From an archaeon (GTDB lineage Archaea > Nanobdellota > Nanobdellia > SCGC-AAA011-G17 > PNOQ01), in assembly GCA_018671245.1 (NCBI GenBank), contig JABHIB010000001.1, forward strand, positions 31,888 to 95,887: a stretch of DNA of 64,000 bases. The letters are read 5' to 3'. Each line of letters starts with the position of its first letter. The first letter of the stretch is position 1. The notes under the pieces were generated by a model. It made no database searches and had not been told where the DNA came from. It was given only the letters and a program-made list of their open reading frames with translations. Of the stretch, positions 9,318 to 18,244 are shown piece after piece. Both the position numbers and the translations under genes were made by a program.

Positions 9318-9779
9318 TCATTGTTTGAGTATAACTACATTAGTCATTCCACGTCGTTTTCTTTCAATGATTTTCAAACCTTCCAATCTATCGAGAATTC
9401 TAGTGATTTTGACTTTATTAAATTCAGTTTTTTCAACTAATTCAGATTGGAATATGCTACCTTCGGCCTCTTCTATCTTATCTAAAACAAAGTTTTCATC
9501 ATCATTTAAATTTTTAAATATTTCTTTATTTTCTTTTTTCTTCTTATGAAATATTTTTTTCTCTGAAAAAAAGAAATATATACCGATTATTAATATGAAC
9601 AAAATTAGCCCAATACTAATGTTTGTTTGTAATTCTATTGTCCCCCACATAACACATGAAGGTCCATGGGAACAAGATTCGGCAACTATATCTTTCAGAG
9701 CTTTATTGAAAGAAAACACTATAAATCCTATTAATAAAGATACACTAATCAAAAGTACGCCTACTTGTTCATTCTTCAT
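9318..9779 (-). CDS. membrane-anchored winged-helix protein (2 TM + C-terminal wHTH), putative metal-responsive regulator
   Basis: 153 aa. Two hydrophobic helices flank a CSHGPSCVMW loop. The C-terminal SELVEKTEFNKVKITRILDRLEGLKIIERK resembles MarR/TrmB-type wHTH. Confidence 0.35.
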   Translation of the reverse strand: MKNEQVGVLLISVSLLIGFIVFSFNKALKDIVAESCSHGPSCVMWGTIELQTNISIGLILFILIIGIYFFFSEKKIFHKKKKENKEIFKNLNDDENFVLDKIEEAEGSIFQSELVEKTEFNKVKITRILDRLEGLKIIERKRRGMTNVVILKQ

Positions 9780-11242
9780 TTTATCCTCTCAAACTTTAAA
9801 TCGCCATTAAGCAATTCTCTAAAAACACTTTTCAATTCAGAAACCTTAACTCTAACTTGACTCATAGTAGCAATCTCTCTCACAGTAACATCTCCATTCT
9901 TAACAGAATCATGATCTACAGTTATACAAAAAGAAGTACCAATTTCATCCATTCTTCTATATCTCCTACCTATCGAACCAGAGTCATCATAGTTACAAAT
10001 AAATTCTTTATCAAGATCAATAAATACCTCTTTTGCTAAATCATCCATTCCCTCTTTTTTCATTAAAGGAAATATTGCCACATCTATTGGAGCCATACCT
10101 TTATCAAAATCTAACCACTCCCTTTCTTTATCTTCAACTAAAGAATTTTCTAATAGTGCATAAGTTGTTCTTTCAACACCCATAGCAATTTCCAATATCC
10201 TAGGAGTTTCTCCAGAGACTTGCATTTTGGTTTTAGAATACTCTGCATGTCTTTTCAAATCGTAATCTTTCCTATCATGCACTCCACAGAGTTCAATCCA
10301 CCCATATCTATCTGTATTTATCTCAATATCCCATGCATCATCTGCATAAAATGCTAATTTATCAGGACTGTGTTGGATTATTCTAATCTTCTTTTCATCA
10401 AAGCCCATATCTTTGTATAATTTGTAAGCGACATAAACCATGTAAGCATAAGCTTCTTTTTTCATATATTTCTCTTTAACAATATCTTTCAATTTAACTC
10501 TCTTAATTGATTTAGAATCATGTTTAATCAACGGTAAGACTTCATCAGCATAATCATTAATTTTTTCATATTTTTTCTCTTGATCTTTCAAGATAAATAG
10601 CTGTGCTTCTGCTTGTGTAAACTCTCTAGTTCTAAATACACTTTGCCTAGGACTAATCTCATTTCTATATGCTTTACCAATTTGGAACACTCCGAAAGGT
10701 AATTTAGTTCTAAAGAATCTAAAATATTCTGGATAAAGTAAGTAAGTAGTAGTTGCAGTTTCAGGTCTCAAATAAGCTTCTTGATCCATTCCAATTTTAG
10801 TTTTCATCATCATATCAAAGTTCTCAATAGATCCAAGATCTCCACCACACTGACATTTAATCTTTTTCTTATCGACAATTTCTCTCAATTTTTCAGTATT
10901 CAAACCCTCTACATCTAAATCTGGATATTTTTCATTAATAACACTATCAACTCTAAAATAAGAATCGCATTTTAAACATTTAGAAATTGGATCACTAAAT
11001 CCTTCTAGGTGTCCTGAAGCTTCCCAAACTTTTTTAGGCATTATAGTAGGACATTCAACTTCCCAAAAACTAAAACTAGTAAATCCATGTCTTAAAACAT
11101 TCTCAACTTTATTTTTTAATAATTTACCTAATGGTCCCCAATCATAAAATCCTTTTAAACCACCATGATAAATATTCGGACTAGGTCCCCAAACAAAACC
11201 TCTTCTTTTAGCCAAGTCCATTACTTTATCTTCAACTTTCAT
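9776..11242 (-). CDS. glyS: glycine--tRNA ligase (archaeal/eukaryotic type)
   Basis: 488 aa. N-terminal RRGFVWGPSPNIYHGGLKGFYDWGPLG and class II motifs, with a C-terminal anticodon-binding domain ending VTVREIATMSQVRV. Confidence 0.7.
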   Translation of the reverse strand: MKVEDKVMDLAKRRGFVWGPSPNIYHGGLKGFYDWGPLGKLLKNKVENVLRHGFTSFSFWEVECPTIMPKKVWEASGHLEGFSDPISKCLKCDSYFRVDSVINEKYPDLDVEGLNTEKLREIVDKKKIKCQCGGDLGSIENFDMMMKTKIGMDQEAYLRPETATTTYLLYPEYFRFFRTKLPFGVFQIGKAYRNEISPRQSVFRTREFTQAEAQLFILKDQEKKYEKINDYADEVLPLIKHDSKSIKRVKLKDIVKEKYMKKEAYAYMVYVAYKLYKDMGFDEKKIRIIQHSPDKLAFYADDAWDIEINTDRYGWIELCGVHDRKDYDLKRHAEYSKTKMQVSGETPRILEIAMGVERTTYALLENSLVEDKEREWLDFDKGMAPIDVAIFPLMKKEGMDDLAKEVFIDLDKEFICNYDDSGSIGRRYRRMDEIGTSFCITVDHDSVKNGDVTVREIATMSQVRVKVSELKSVFRELLNGDLKFERIK

Positions 11243-11284
11243 ATTCTTTTAGAAATTTATGTATTTTTATAAGTTTTGTTTAAT

Positions 11285-11803
11285 TCAATGCATAATGTTC
11301 AATATCCAAACTATCAATTCAAATGAATAGAGTCCAGCATATGCAACCAGAGTGTATCTAATAGTCTTACCTGCTAGAGTAGCTAAAAAGAATTTACTGA
11401 ATTTATAATGCAGTGTTCCACACGCAATACCAATTAGATCAAAAGGAAATGGCGTAAGGGAACCCAATGTAATAAACAAACTACCATATTTAGAAATTTT
11501 ATTTTTAGTGACATTAATTTTTTTCAGATTTTTCTTACTAATTTTTTGATAAGTCTTCCTTCCAATAAAACCTATAAGATATCCTGAACACTCACCAATT
11601 GCAGAACCTGTACCCATGATCAGACCAAAGATAATAGGAGTAAGGTGCCCATAAGGGTTAGTTCCTGCCAAAGTAAAAGTAAAGAGGTCTAAGGGGATTG
11701 GAAAAAAGATTGTAGCATTTGCTATAATCGATGCAAAGAACAGGCCAATAATAAAAAAACCCGAACCAAAAAATGTAATAGTATTTTGAATAAGATCTAT
11801 CAT
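11285..11803 (-). CDS. small polytopic membrane protein (DedA/VTT-like?)
   Basis: 172 aa with 4-5 hydrophobic helices and no diagnostic motif. Confidence 0.3.
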   Translation of the reverse strand: MIDLIQNTITFFGSGFFIIGLFFASIIANATIFFPIPLDLFTFTLAGTNPYGHLTPIIFGLIMGTGSAIGECSGYLIGFIGRKTYQKISKKNLKKINVTKNKISKYGSLFITLGSLTPFPFDLIGIACGTLHYKFSKFFLATLAGKTIRYTLVAYAGLYSFELIVWILNIMH

Positions 11804-12024
11804 AGTTACATCAAGATTATTTTAATTCATTTTTATACTTTTTGATTTAGAGAACTTTTATAAATGATTAAATAAAGATTAAATCAGATGGTTAAGAAGA
11901 AAGAATCAGTTAGTGATGATTATCAAATTCATTCTACAAGCATTATAGATCGTTTAGAAAAAAAGCAGGATATTCAGAAGCACTAACGAAAAGACTTTCA
12001 GAATATATCAATCCAAGACATTTA

Positions 12025-12621
12025 ATGCAAATTGGATTCATAAGCGGACTTTTAGCAGGAATATGTTTTTTTCTAACAACTTTTAGCAAGTATTGGTTTA
12101 TAGGATCAATAATTTTGGTAGGAGTTTATTTTTTCTGTGATAGAAATGATGGACGGCTGGCAAGATACAAAGGAACTGTAAGTAAGCGAGGATACTATGC
12201 AGACCATATGTTTGATACTATAATTGTATTTGCATTGCTATTAGGATTGGGTGCCTCACCTGGAATGAATATTGTAATAGCATTACTGATAGTTTCAGCA
12301 TATCACACTTTAGAAATAGAAGTATTCCTAACAACATATGTAAGAAAACTATTCAAAAGTTCATTTTCAATTTTTAGTCCTGCAGAGGGTTTAAGTATAA
12401 TAATGTTAATGAGTTTAATTAGCATGATTCTGCCATATCCTCTATACTTATTCGAACTTCCAATATTTGGAGGATTTAATGTAACTCTTCTTGATTTAAT
12501 TGGATCAATAGTTATTGTTCTACTATCTATTTTCGCTTTTGGAGCAATCCGTACTAATCTAAATTACTTAGGAAAGAAAGAAAGGTTGTACAAAACTAAG
12601 AGTTTTAAAGATTATTTCTAA
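12025..12621 (+). CDS. CDP-alcohol phosphatidyltransferase family protein (archaeal polar-lipid headgroup synthase)
   Basis: 198 aa. DRNDGRLAR-x8-G-x3-D-x3-D (DG-x2-AR...G-x3-D-x3-D) signature. The start may lie upstream (see findings). Confidence 0.6.
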   Translation: MQIGFISGLLAGICFFLTTFSKYWFIGSIILVGVYFFCDRNDGRLARYKGTVSKRGYYADHMFDTIIVFALLLGLGASPGMNIVIALLIVSAYHTLEIEVFLTTYVRKLFKSSFSIFSPAEGLSIIMLMSLISMILPYPLYLFELPIFGGFNVTLLDLIGSIVIVLLSIFAFGAIRTNLNYLGKKERLYKTKSFKDYF

Positions 12622-12625
12622 GAAC

Positions 12626-13657
12626 TTATTCAAACTTTTCATGAGTAAGACCAAGATATGCTAATGCTGAATACCCTGCTACAATTCCAAGCAAATAGTA
12701 CATTGCCCTTTGGATAATAATCACTGAAACTCCTATAACTGGATCAATTGCTAAGGCGATAAATAAGGCAAATAAGGCCGATTCTGTAAGTCCTACTCCT
12801 CCAGGTAGAAGAGATAATAGCGAGATTAATTTGGCCATAGAAATGGCAACTATCAAGTAAGATATTGAAATCGGATAATCAAGTGCTAAGAAAATTAAAT
12901 AAAAGGAAAAGTAAAACATGAAAATAGAAGTTGAACCAAGTAAGAGTGCACTGCCTAACAATCTCTTCTCTTTTATTGATTCAGTTATGTATAAAAAGAA
13001 TTTATTTACAGATGTGTGGATTTTCTCTTGAAATGATTTAAAATTTTTAAACCTTTTCTTAAAATATTTCATTTTATAGATTGTAAGGATAGTCTTCTCT
13101 ACCAATTTTCTCATACCCATTAAATTGTGTTTCAAGAAAAGAGCAATTGCTACAACTAAGGAAATTAAAATAATCAAAGAAACAAATGCTGCCTTAATCT
13201 CAATAGGCACTTTGATTTGTGAACCAATATAGATAAAAGAATAAATTATTACTGGAATCATTAACAACTCTCCATAAAATAGCTTTTCTATTAAAGCAAC
13301 TGAGATTGAATCAGTGAGTGATCTTTTTTCAACTTTGGAAACATAATATCCTCTGACTGCCTCTCCACCAACACCTCCCGAAGGGGTGATCAATGTAATG
13401 AATGCGCCAGCAAGAGTCAATAAAAACAATTTTGGAAATTTCAGAACCTTTGGTTTCAGAAATAATCTCCATCTGACCGTGTTCAATATGTGTGCCGATA
13501 ATAATGCTAAAAATGCACATAACACAAGATAAGGATTTGCTTTAGAGATCTCCCCAATAATTCTCTTGACACCTATAGAATGAATAACAAATATTGCTAA
13601 AACTAAAAAGAATATTAACAATCCTCTAACTGATATCTTCTTTCTTCTCGATGCCAT
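12626..13657 (-). CDS. flippase-like (TIGR00374/LPG-synthase-TM family) integral membrane protein
   Basis: 343 aa, about 8 TM helices. PSGGVGGEAVRGY and LPGGVGLTESALF motifs occur twice. Confidence 0.45.
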   Translation of the reverse strand: MASRRKKISVRGLLIFFLVLAIFVIHSIGVKRIIGEISKANPYLVLCAFLALLSAHILNTVRWRLFLKPKVLKFPKLFLLTLAGAFITLITPSGGVGGEAVRGYYVSKVEKRSLTDSISVALIEKLFYGELLMIPVIIYSFIYIGSQIKVPIEIKAAFVSLIILISLVVAIALFLKHNLMGMRKLVEKTILTIYKMKYFKKRFKNFKSFQEKIHTSVNKFFLYITESIKEKRLLGSALLLGSTSIFMFYFSFYLIFLALDYPISISYLIVAISMAKLISLLSLLPGGVGLTESALFALFIALAIDPVIGVSVIIIQRAMYYLLGIVAGYSALAYLGLTHEKFE

Positions 13658-13717
13658 CTACATAATTTCTTGAGTTTTTTGTTTTATATATGTTTTGTTA
13701 CAAGTTTTAACAAGAAT

Positions 13718-14344
13718 TCAGTTATCAACATCTCTTAAACTAATAATCCCTCTCTCTTCAAGTCTAGGACACGCACTATTTATCCAATACTCAATGTCTG
13801 AGAAATCTTCAAGTTTATTAGTATCGATATCATTAGTTAGAAAAATATAACTAGATTTATTTGACTTTCTAGCAAATTTTAAAGAGCCATTTAAATTTTC
13901 TTGGCCAGGTTTAGTAGTCACTAAAATACCTATTTTATCAGAAGAGTAAAATTTTGCTAATTTTGCCATTCTTTTTTTCTTAAGCCTTTCAATTTCAACA
14001 GTACTTACCGAAGAAAAACTTTCACTTGTAGGATTAAATTGGTAGTATTTTGTAATTTCAGTTTTGTCTAATACTTCAAGTAAATGAAACATTCCACTAC
14101 CAATAAATAAAAAAGCATTCACAGAATCTTTAAATTTTAACATATTGTTAACGTTACATCCTACTACTTGCCCTACGATATCTACCTCATGGCCAGAATT
14201 TTCAAGATGAGTTTTAACTTGTTCAAGTAAATGTGTAGTTTGGATTGTACCTATAATGCCTATCTTCTTCTCTTTGATTTTAATTTTATCTAATCTTTTC
14301 AAAGAGTCTATACTATATTTCGCATTAACAAACAATGTTTTCAT
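13718..14344 (-). CDS. dph2: Dph2-like diphthamide biosynthesis protein (short form)
   Basis: 208 aa. VGQVVGCNV and SACPRLEE resemble the second and third Cys-containing repeats of archaeal Dph2. The first repeat appears absent. Confidence 0.35.
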   Translation of the reverse strand: MKTLFVNAKYSIDSLKRLDKIKIKEKKIGIIGTIQTTHLLEQVKTHLENSGHEVDIVGQVVGCNVNNMLKFKDSVNAFLFIGSGMFHLLEVLDKTEITKYYQFNPTSESFSSVSTVEIERLKKKRMAKLAKFYSSDKIGILVTTKPGQENLNGSLKFARKSNKSSYIFLTNDIDTNKLEDFSDIEYWINSACPRLEERGIISLRDVDN

Positions 14345-14925
14345 TTTTTCTTAGTTTTAGTAATGATTGCTTTGTCAGAAATAATTGCAGAGTTACCAGA
14401 AGGATCATCTATGATGATTTTCAGTTTAACATCTCCTTCTTTTATTTTCCAGATCTTTTTCAATAAGTTTTTAGCAGATTTTCTAACACTTTTATCTTCA
14501 CTAGTATCTCTTTGATCTTTTATAATTTTTTCAAATCTGGTTATGACTCCTTCTATATTTGAGACATATCCTTCAGAATTGCTACCTGGTTCGACAGACA
14601 TTCTCATCTGAGGGATTTTAACAGTCGCATTAGCTGATTTAATCACCTGGACATTTAAATCTTTTACAGATTCAATTGTAAATGTGTATTTTGCAGGATC
14701 TTTGACTTCCAAAGTTTCAATATCTGATTTTGAATAGTTACAACTTCCACAATTCATTGAAAATAAAAGTGCTTCTCCGAAATTAGGAATGTTATAGTCT
14801 TCTTGACTTAATGTAAGTGTTTTTTTCCCACATACAGGACAAGGTTGATGTTTTAGTTCTTCCATATTATTATTTTCATCAAGTAATATATTTATAAATT
14901 TATCTAAGTTAAAGAAGTAGTTCAC
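14341..14925 (-). CDS. ZPR1-type zinc-finger protein
   Basis: 194 aa. CPVCGKK...NCGSCNY C4 zinc finger followed by the ZPR1 beta-domain. Confidence 0.55.
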   Translation of the reverse strand: MNYFFNLDKFINILLDENNNMEELKHQPCPVCGKKTLTLSQEDYNIPNFGEALLFSMNCGSCNYSKSDIETLEVKDPAKYTFTIESVKDLNVQVIKSANATVKIPQMRMSVEPGSNSEGYVSNIEGVITRFEKIIKDQRDTSEDKSVRKSAKNLLKKIWKIKEGDVKLKIIIDDPSGNSAIISDKAIITKTKKK

Positions 14926-14965
14926 ACTCTATAGAATTAAAAAATTAAAAAAAGAAAATAGATTA

Positions 14966-15364
14966 TTATTCGTCAATATTGCCGATTTCTTTGTTTTCCC
15001 TATGAACTCCTGCAAATCCAGGTGTAGCCACAATCCAATCCTCTCCGAATCCAGCTATATCTCCGTCTATTGCATCACAAGTTTTTTTAAGCTTATTAAC
15101 AGCCCTTTTCAATTCAACAACATCTGTATCTTTCAAAGGTTTTATGTTTATTAGAGCGATAGTATACCCTTCTCTTAGAGAATCCAAAACAGGTTTAACA
15201 TCAGCGAAATCATCAATTACAAATGGTCTTACGATGATTTTTGCTTTAGGTGTATCACCTTTTGAATCCAATTCAACATAGTCTTCAGCAAATTCCTCTG
15301 GGAAATCTGACTCTTCATATTCGCTCATAAATTTATCTTTAAATTTTGAAAAAAGTTTTACCAT
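14966..15364 (-). CDS. sepF: cell division protein SepF (DUF552)
   Basis: 132 aa. IIVRPFVIDDFADVKPVLDSLREGYTIALINIKPL...DIAGFGEDWIVATP matches the SepF core. ftsZ lies 3 kb away on the same strand. Confidence 0.55.
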   Translation of the reverse strand: MVKLFSKFKDKFMSEYEESDFPEEFAEDYVELDSKGDTPKAKIIVRPFVIDDFADVKPVLDSLREGYTIALINIKPLKDTDVVELKRAVNKLKKTCDAIDGDIAGFGEDWIVATPGFAGVHRENKEIGNIDE

Positions 15365-15414
15365 TTTGTTCTCCTTTTATAATTGAAGTAATGACGCTAA
15401 ATATATAAATATTT

Positions 15415-15663
15415 CTATTGTTTAATGCACTCTAATTCGCTAGTTATTGACCAAAGAATTGTTTTAATATCAGAAGGAGTATTCATATCCGTAGATACAT
15501 CATCAAGTTCTTGAAGAGATCTATTTATTCGGATTGCCAAACTTGTCTCTTCTTCAGAAAGTGCTGCACATGCAATCCTAATTTTTTCCCTCATATTTCG
15601 AGGAACTCCATCCTCTCGCTCAAGGGAACCTAATCTATCGATTATATCAATAACTTCATTCAT
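15415..15663 (-). CDS. small conserved archaeal protein (UPF0147-like?)
   Basis: 82 aa, helical. Overlaps the prefoldin start, so it is operonic. Confidence 0.25.
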   Translation of the reverse strand: MNEVIDIIDRLGSLEREDGVPRNMREKIRIACAALSEEETSLAIRINRSLQELDDVSTDMNTPSDIKTILWSITSELECIKQ

Positions 15664-15991
15664 TTTTTGGGGAAAGTTTCTCTAATTTTTCTCTAATAAC
15701 TTTAGAATCTTCTTTTAGCTTGTTTTCCTGTTTTTCTAATGTTTTTATTTTTTCTTCAAACAGTTCTTTTTTCTCTTTTAATTCAGCATTAAGATCGTCT
15801 TTAGTTGATGAGATCATAATATTTCCCACTATTTTGTAAGCAGTTTCAGCATTCTTCAACTCAATAATTGCATTCTCTACTTCTAACATATTGCTTTGAA
15901 AATTTTGCTTTTGCATGATTACTGATTGTAGCTTTTGCTCAATCATTTGAAGCTTTCCTATTTCCATTTGTGTTTCTTTATCCATTTCCAT
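15656..15991 (-). CDS. pfdB: prefoldin beta subunit
   Basis: 111 aa. Two coiled-coil heptad segments flank a short hairpin. Size and position (next to rpoP and rpl37ae) are typical. Confidence 0.5.
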   Translation of the reverse strand: MEMDKETQMEIGKLQMIEQKLQSVIMQKQNFQSNMLEVENAIIELKNAETAYKIVGNIMISSTKDDLNAELKEKKELFEEKIKTLEKQENKLKEDSKVIREKLEKLSPKNE

Positions 15992-15992
15992 T

Positions 15993-16130
15993 TTATTCAG
16001 CCTTCACTTTTGAGTTAACCACTCTAGGTTTGTAAATTATTTTTGATCCACAATAAGGGCATCTAACTCTTCTTCTAACATAATCTTCGCTTACAACTTT
16101 TGAGCAATTAAAACATTTGTATACTACCAT
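15993..16130 (-). CDS. rpoP: DNA-directed RNA polymerase subunit P (RpoP/Rpb12)
   Basis: MVVYKCFNCSKVV...RCPYCGSKIIYK C4 zinc ribbon. Start moved to the internal Met so that it does not overlap rpl37ae. Confidence 0.6.
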   Translation of the reverse strand: MVVYKCFNCSKVVSEDYVRRRVRCPYCGSKIIYKPRVVNSKVKAE

Positions 16131-16131
16131 T

Positions 16132-16353
16132 TTATTCTTTAAATGAATATGCTCCTCCAGCAAATTTAGTGTCACACTTTTTACAACTCCATATTCCTAT
16201 AGAGACTCTCTTAACTTTTCTTTGATGGCATAGCGGGCATTTATACAGAGCTTTTTGTTTTTTCTCTATTTTAGAGATTTTCTGTCTAATCGGTGCACCA
16301 TATCTTGGTCCGAACCGTTTTCCACTTTCGCCTTTCTTTTTTGTTTTTGCCAT
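16132..16353 (-). CDS. rpl37ae: 50S ribosomal protein L37Ae (eL43)
   Basis: 73 aa. YKCPLCHQRK...WSCKKCDTKFAGGAY C4 zinc ribbon, basic N-terminus. Confidence 0.75.
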   Translation of the reverse strand: MAKTKKKGESGKRFGPRYGAPIRQKISKIEKKQKALYKCPLCHQRKVKRVSIGIWSCKKCDTKFAGGAYSFKE

Positions 16354-16371
16354 GTTTCTTTATTTTTAAAA

Positions 16372-16445
16372 TGGGGCTACTCGGATTTGAACCGAGATCA
16401 CCGGCTCCCAAAGCCGGAAGGCTAGCCAAGTTACCCCATAGCCCC
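16372..16445 (-). tRNA. tRNA-Pro (anticodon TGG)
   Basis: Hand-folded cloverleaf on the minus strand: acceptor GGGGCTA/TAGCCCC, anticodon stem CCGGC/GCCGG with loop TTTGGGA, T-arm CTCGG-TTCAAAT-CCGAG. No encoded CCA. Confidence 0.8.
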
Positions 16446-16493
16446 ATGAGTTCAGGGCTGCCTTTTAGTTATTTAAATCTTTTGATTAGAGAG

Positions 16494-17174
16494 CTATTTT
16501 TTCTCAACAGGCTCTTCCTTCTTTTCCTCTGGCTTTCCTTCTTCTCCAGATTCTTCTTTTCCTTCTTCGCCTTCACTAGCTTTTTCAAGGGCTGCTTGTG
16601 ATTTCTCTAGCTCACTCTTAATAGTATCTAATTGCGATTTTAATTTTGCTCTCTTCTCGTCGCTAAGATCAGTTTTTTCAGAGTTTATTTCATTATCATA
16701 AACTCCTTGATCAATCTCTTGCTCAACATCACGAGGAGACTTTCCTTCAACAAGTACACCCATTGTAATACAACTTCCAACAACAGATTTAACTCCTGCC
16801 TTAAGAGTATTAACAATTAATGAATCTTTTTTCATTCTAGATATCTTGATTGCTTGTTCGATAGCAAGATTGCCAACTTTATTAATATGTGACTCTCCAG
16901 ATCCTTTTTGGATAACAAGTTCTTTTTTGATTAGCTCAGAAACAGGAGGAGTACCAACTTCTAATTCGAATTCTTTTGTACTTGTATCAACAGATACACT
17001 AACCGGGACCTTCATTCCTGCGAAATCTGCAGTTCTTTTATTTATCTCGCCCAATATGTCTTGGATATTTACACCCAAAGGTCCAAATGCTTGACCCATC
17101 TGTGGACCAGGACTAGCCTTCCCACCTTCAATTATAATATCTACTATTTCTTTAGCCATTTTATTATTCCTCAT
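16494..17174 (-). CDS. rpl11: 50S ribosomal protein L11 (uL11) with about 65-aa K/E-rich C-terminal extension
   Basis: 226 aa. PPVSELIKKE and GSGESHINKVG core L11 motifs. Extension EKSQAALEKASEGEEGKEESGEEGKPEEKKEEPVEKK. Confidence 0.85.
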   Translation of the reverse strand: MRNNKMAKEIVDIIIEGGKASPGPQMGQAFGPLGVNIQDILGEINKRTADFAGMKVPVSVSVDTSTKEFELEVGTPPVSELIKKELVIQKGSGESHINKVGNLAIEQAIKISRMKKDSLIVNTLKAGVKSVVGSCITMGVLVEGKSPRDVEQEIDQGVYDNEINSEKTDLSDEKRAKLKSQLDTIKSELEKSQAALEKASEGEEGKEESGEEGKPEEKKEEPVEKK

Positions 17175-17649
17175 CTCCTTCTCTTCTTATTGTTTTTACG
17201 GAGTCAAGATTTACTGTAATTGGTATAGGTACCGCTGCTTCAAGAAGCTCAACTATTACTTCTTCTTTAGTTTTATCTATCCTATTAATTTTTGCTTGTT
17301 CTCCTTTGAATGGACCTGATATAATCTCTACCACATCCCCAACTTTAACATTAATTTGAGCCTTGACATGCTCTAACATATGTTCTATCTCTGAGTAACT
17401 TACTGATTTACGAAGTAAACCTTTCGCATAAGGAACTCCTTGATATGAGGTTTCAGCACTTTCATATGAGTCTGCCTCAATAAAAATATATCCTCTAAGA
17501 CCATGTGGTCTAATGATACTATAAACATTCAATCCTTTTTTCATAACATTTTCTGAAATGAAATCGAGAACCTGATCTTCTCTATTCGCCGTAACTTTTA
17601 ATGCAAATATTAAATTTTTTTCTTCCATTTTTAATCTATTATTTTCCAA
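17164..17649 (-). CDS. spt5: transcription elongation factor Spt5 (NusG homolog)
   Basis: 161 aa. NGN domain plus KOW motif GDVVEIISGPFKGEQAKI. Confidence 0.75.
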   Translation of the reverse strand: MENNRLKMEEKNLIFALKVTANREDQVLDFISENVMKKGLNVYSIIRPHGLRGYIFIEADSYESAETSYQGVPYAKGLLRKSVSYSEIEHMLEHVKAQINVKVGDVVEIISGPFKGEQAKINRIDKTKEEVIVELLEAAVPIPITVNLDSVKTIRREGDEE

Positions 17650-17834
17650 ATCAAATGTATCAGGAATCCGATTGCTCCTATAATCAAGATTCCTATTCCA
17701 GTAACTTTAACAATTACTTTATATTCATCATTTGATGGTTTTTTGGTTATCTTAAATACTCTCTTGCATTGAAATATAAATCTTTTTAGTTTAGATAATA
17801 CATTCCCGCTTTCCTTAATTTGTTCGTGTTCCAT
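17631..17834 (-). CDS. secE: protein translocase subunit SecE (Sec61-gamma)
   Basis: 67 aa. Single C-terminal TM (VTGIGILIIGAIGFLIHLIW) and conserved position upstream of spt5-rpl11. Confidence 0.55.
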   Translation of the reverse strand: MEHEQIKESGNVLSKLKRFIFQCKRVFKITKKPSNDEYKVIVKVTGIGILIIGAIGFLIHLIWKIID

Positions 17835-17895
17835 CTTGTCTTTTTAATAATCAAAGAATTATTATCTGGTGGAGTGTTCTGGTTTTTAAAGGTTT

Positions 17896-18174
17896 CTATC
17901 TCTTATTTTTGGAAAAATACAGAGATACTACCAGAAATAACGTCAAAACCATGAATATGCTAATTAAATTAGGGATCGAACTTTCAGGACCCAACATAGG
18001 TTCTGGTGCTTCAATAATTTCTTCAACACTTTCATTAATCTCTTCTACTTCGCTCCCATCATGCACAACATATCCTGTAGTCCCAACACTTAGTGTATAT
18101 GAGAATACTCCTACCCAAACAAAAATAAGTAGGGCCGAAAGAACTACAACCAATGGATTGAGTTTATTTTTCAT
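17896..18174 (-). CDS. small membrane protein (TM, acidic linker, TM)
   Basis: 92 aa. The minus-strand frame is chosen over the antisense 17909..18181 ORF because of its two clear TM helices and co-orientation with its neighbours. Confidence 0.3.
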   Translation of the reverse strand: MKNKLNPLVVVLSALLIFVWVGVFSYTLSVGTTGYVVHDGSEVEEINESVEEIIEAPEPMLGPESSIPNLISIFMVLTLFLVVSLYFSKNKR

Positions 18175-18244
18175 ATTTTAAAAACCTCTCTTAAGTAATT
18201 AAAATAATAAATTAAAAAAGAAATATATAAGGCTTTCTCAAGAT

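Noticed and set aside
16293-16601. 102-aa plus-strand ORF (MHHILVRT…)
   Set aside because: It runs straight through the minus-strand tRNA-Pro and the 3' end of rpl11. It is an artefact of an open frame across the tRNA.
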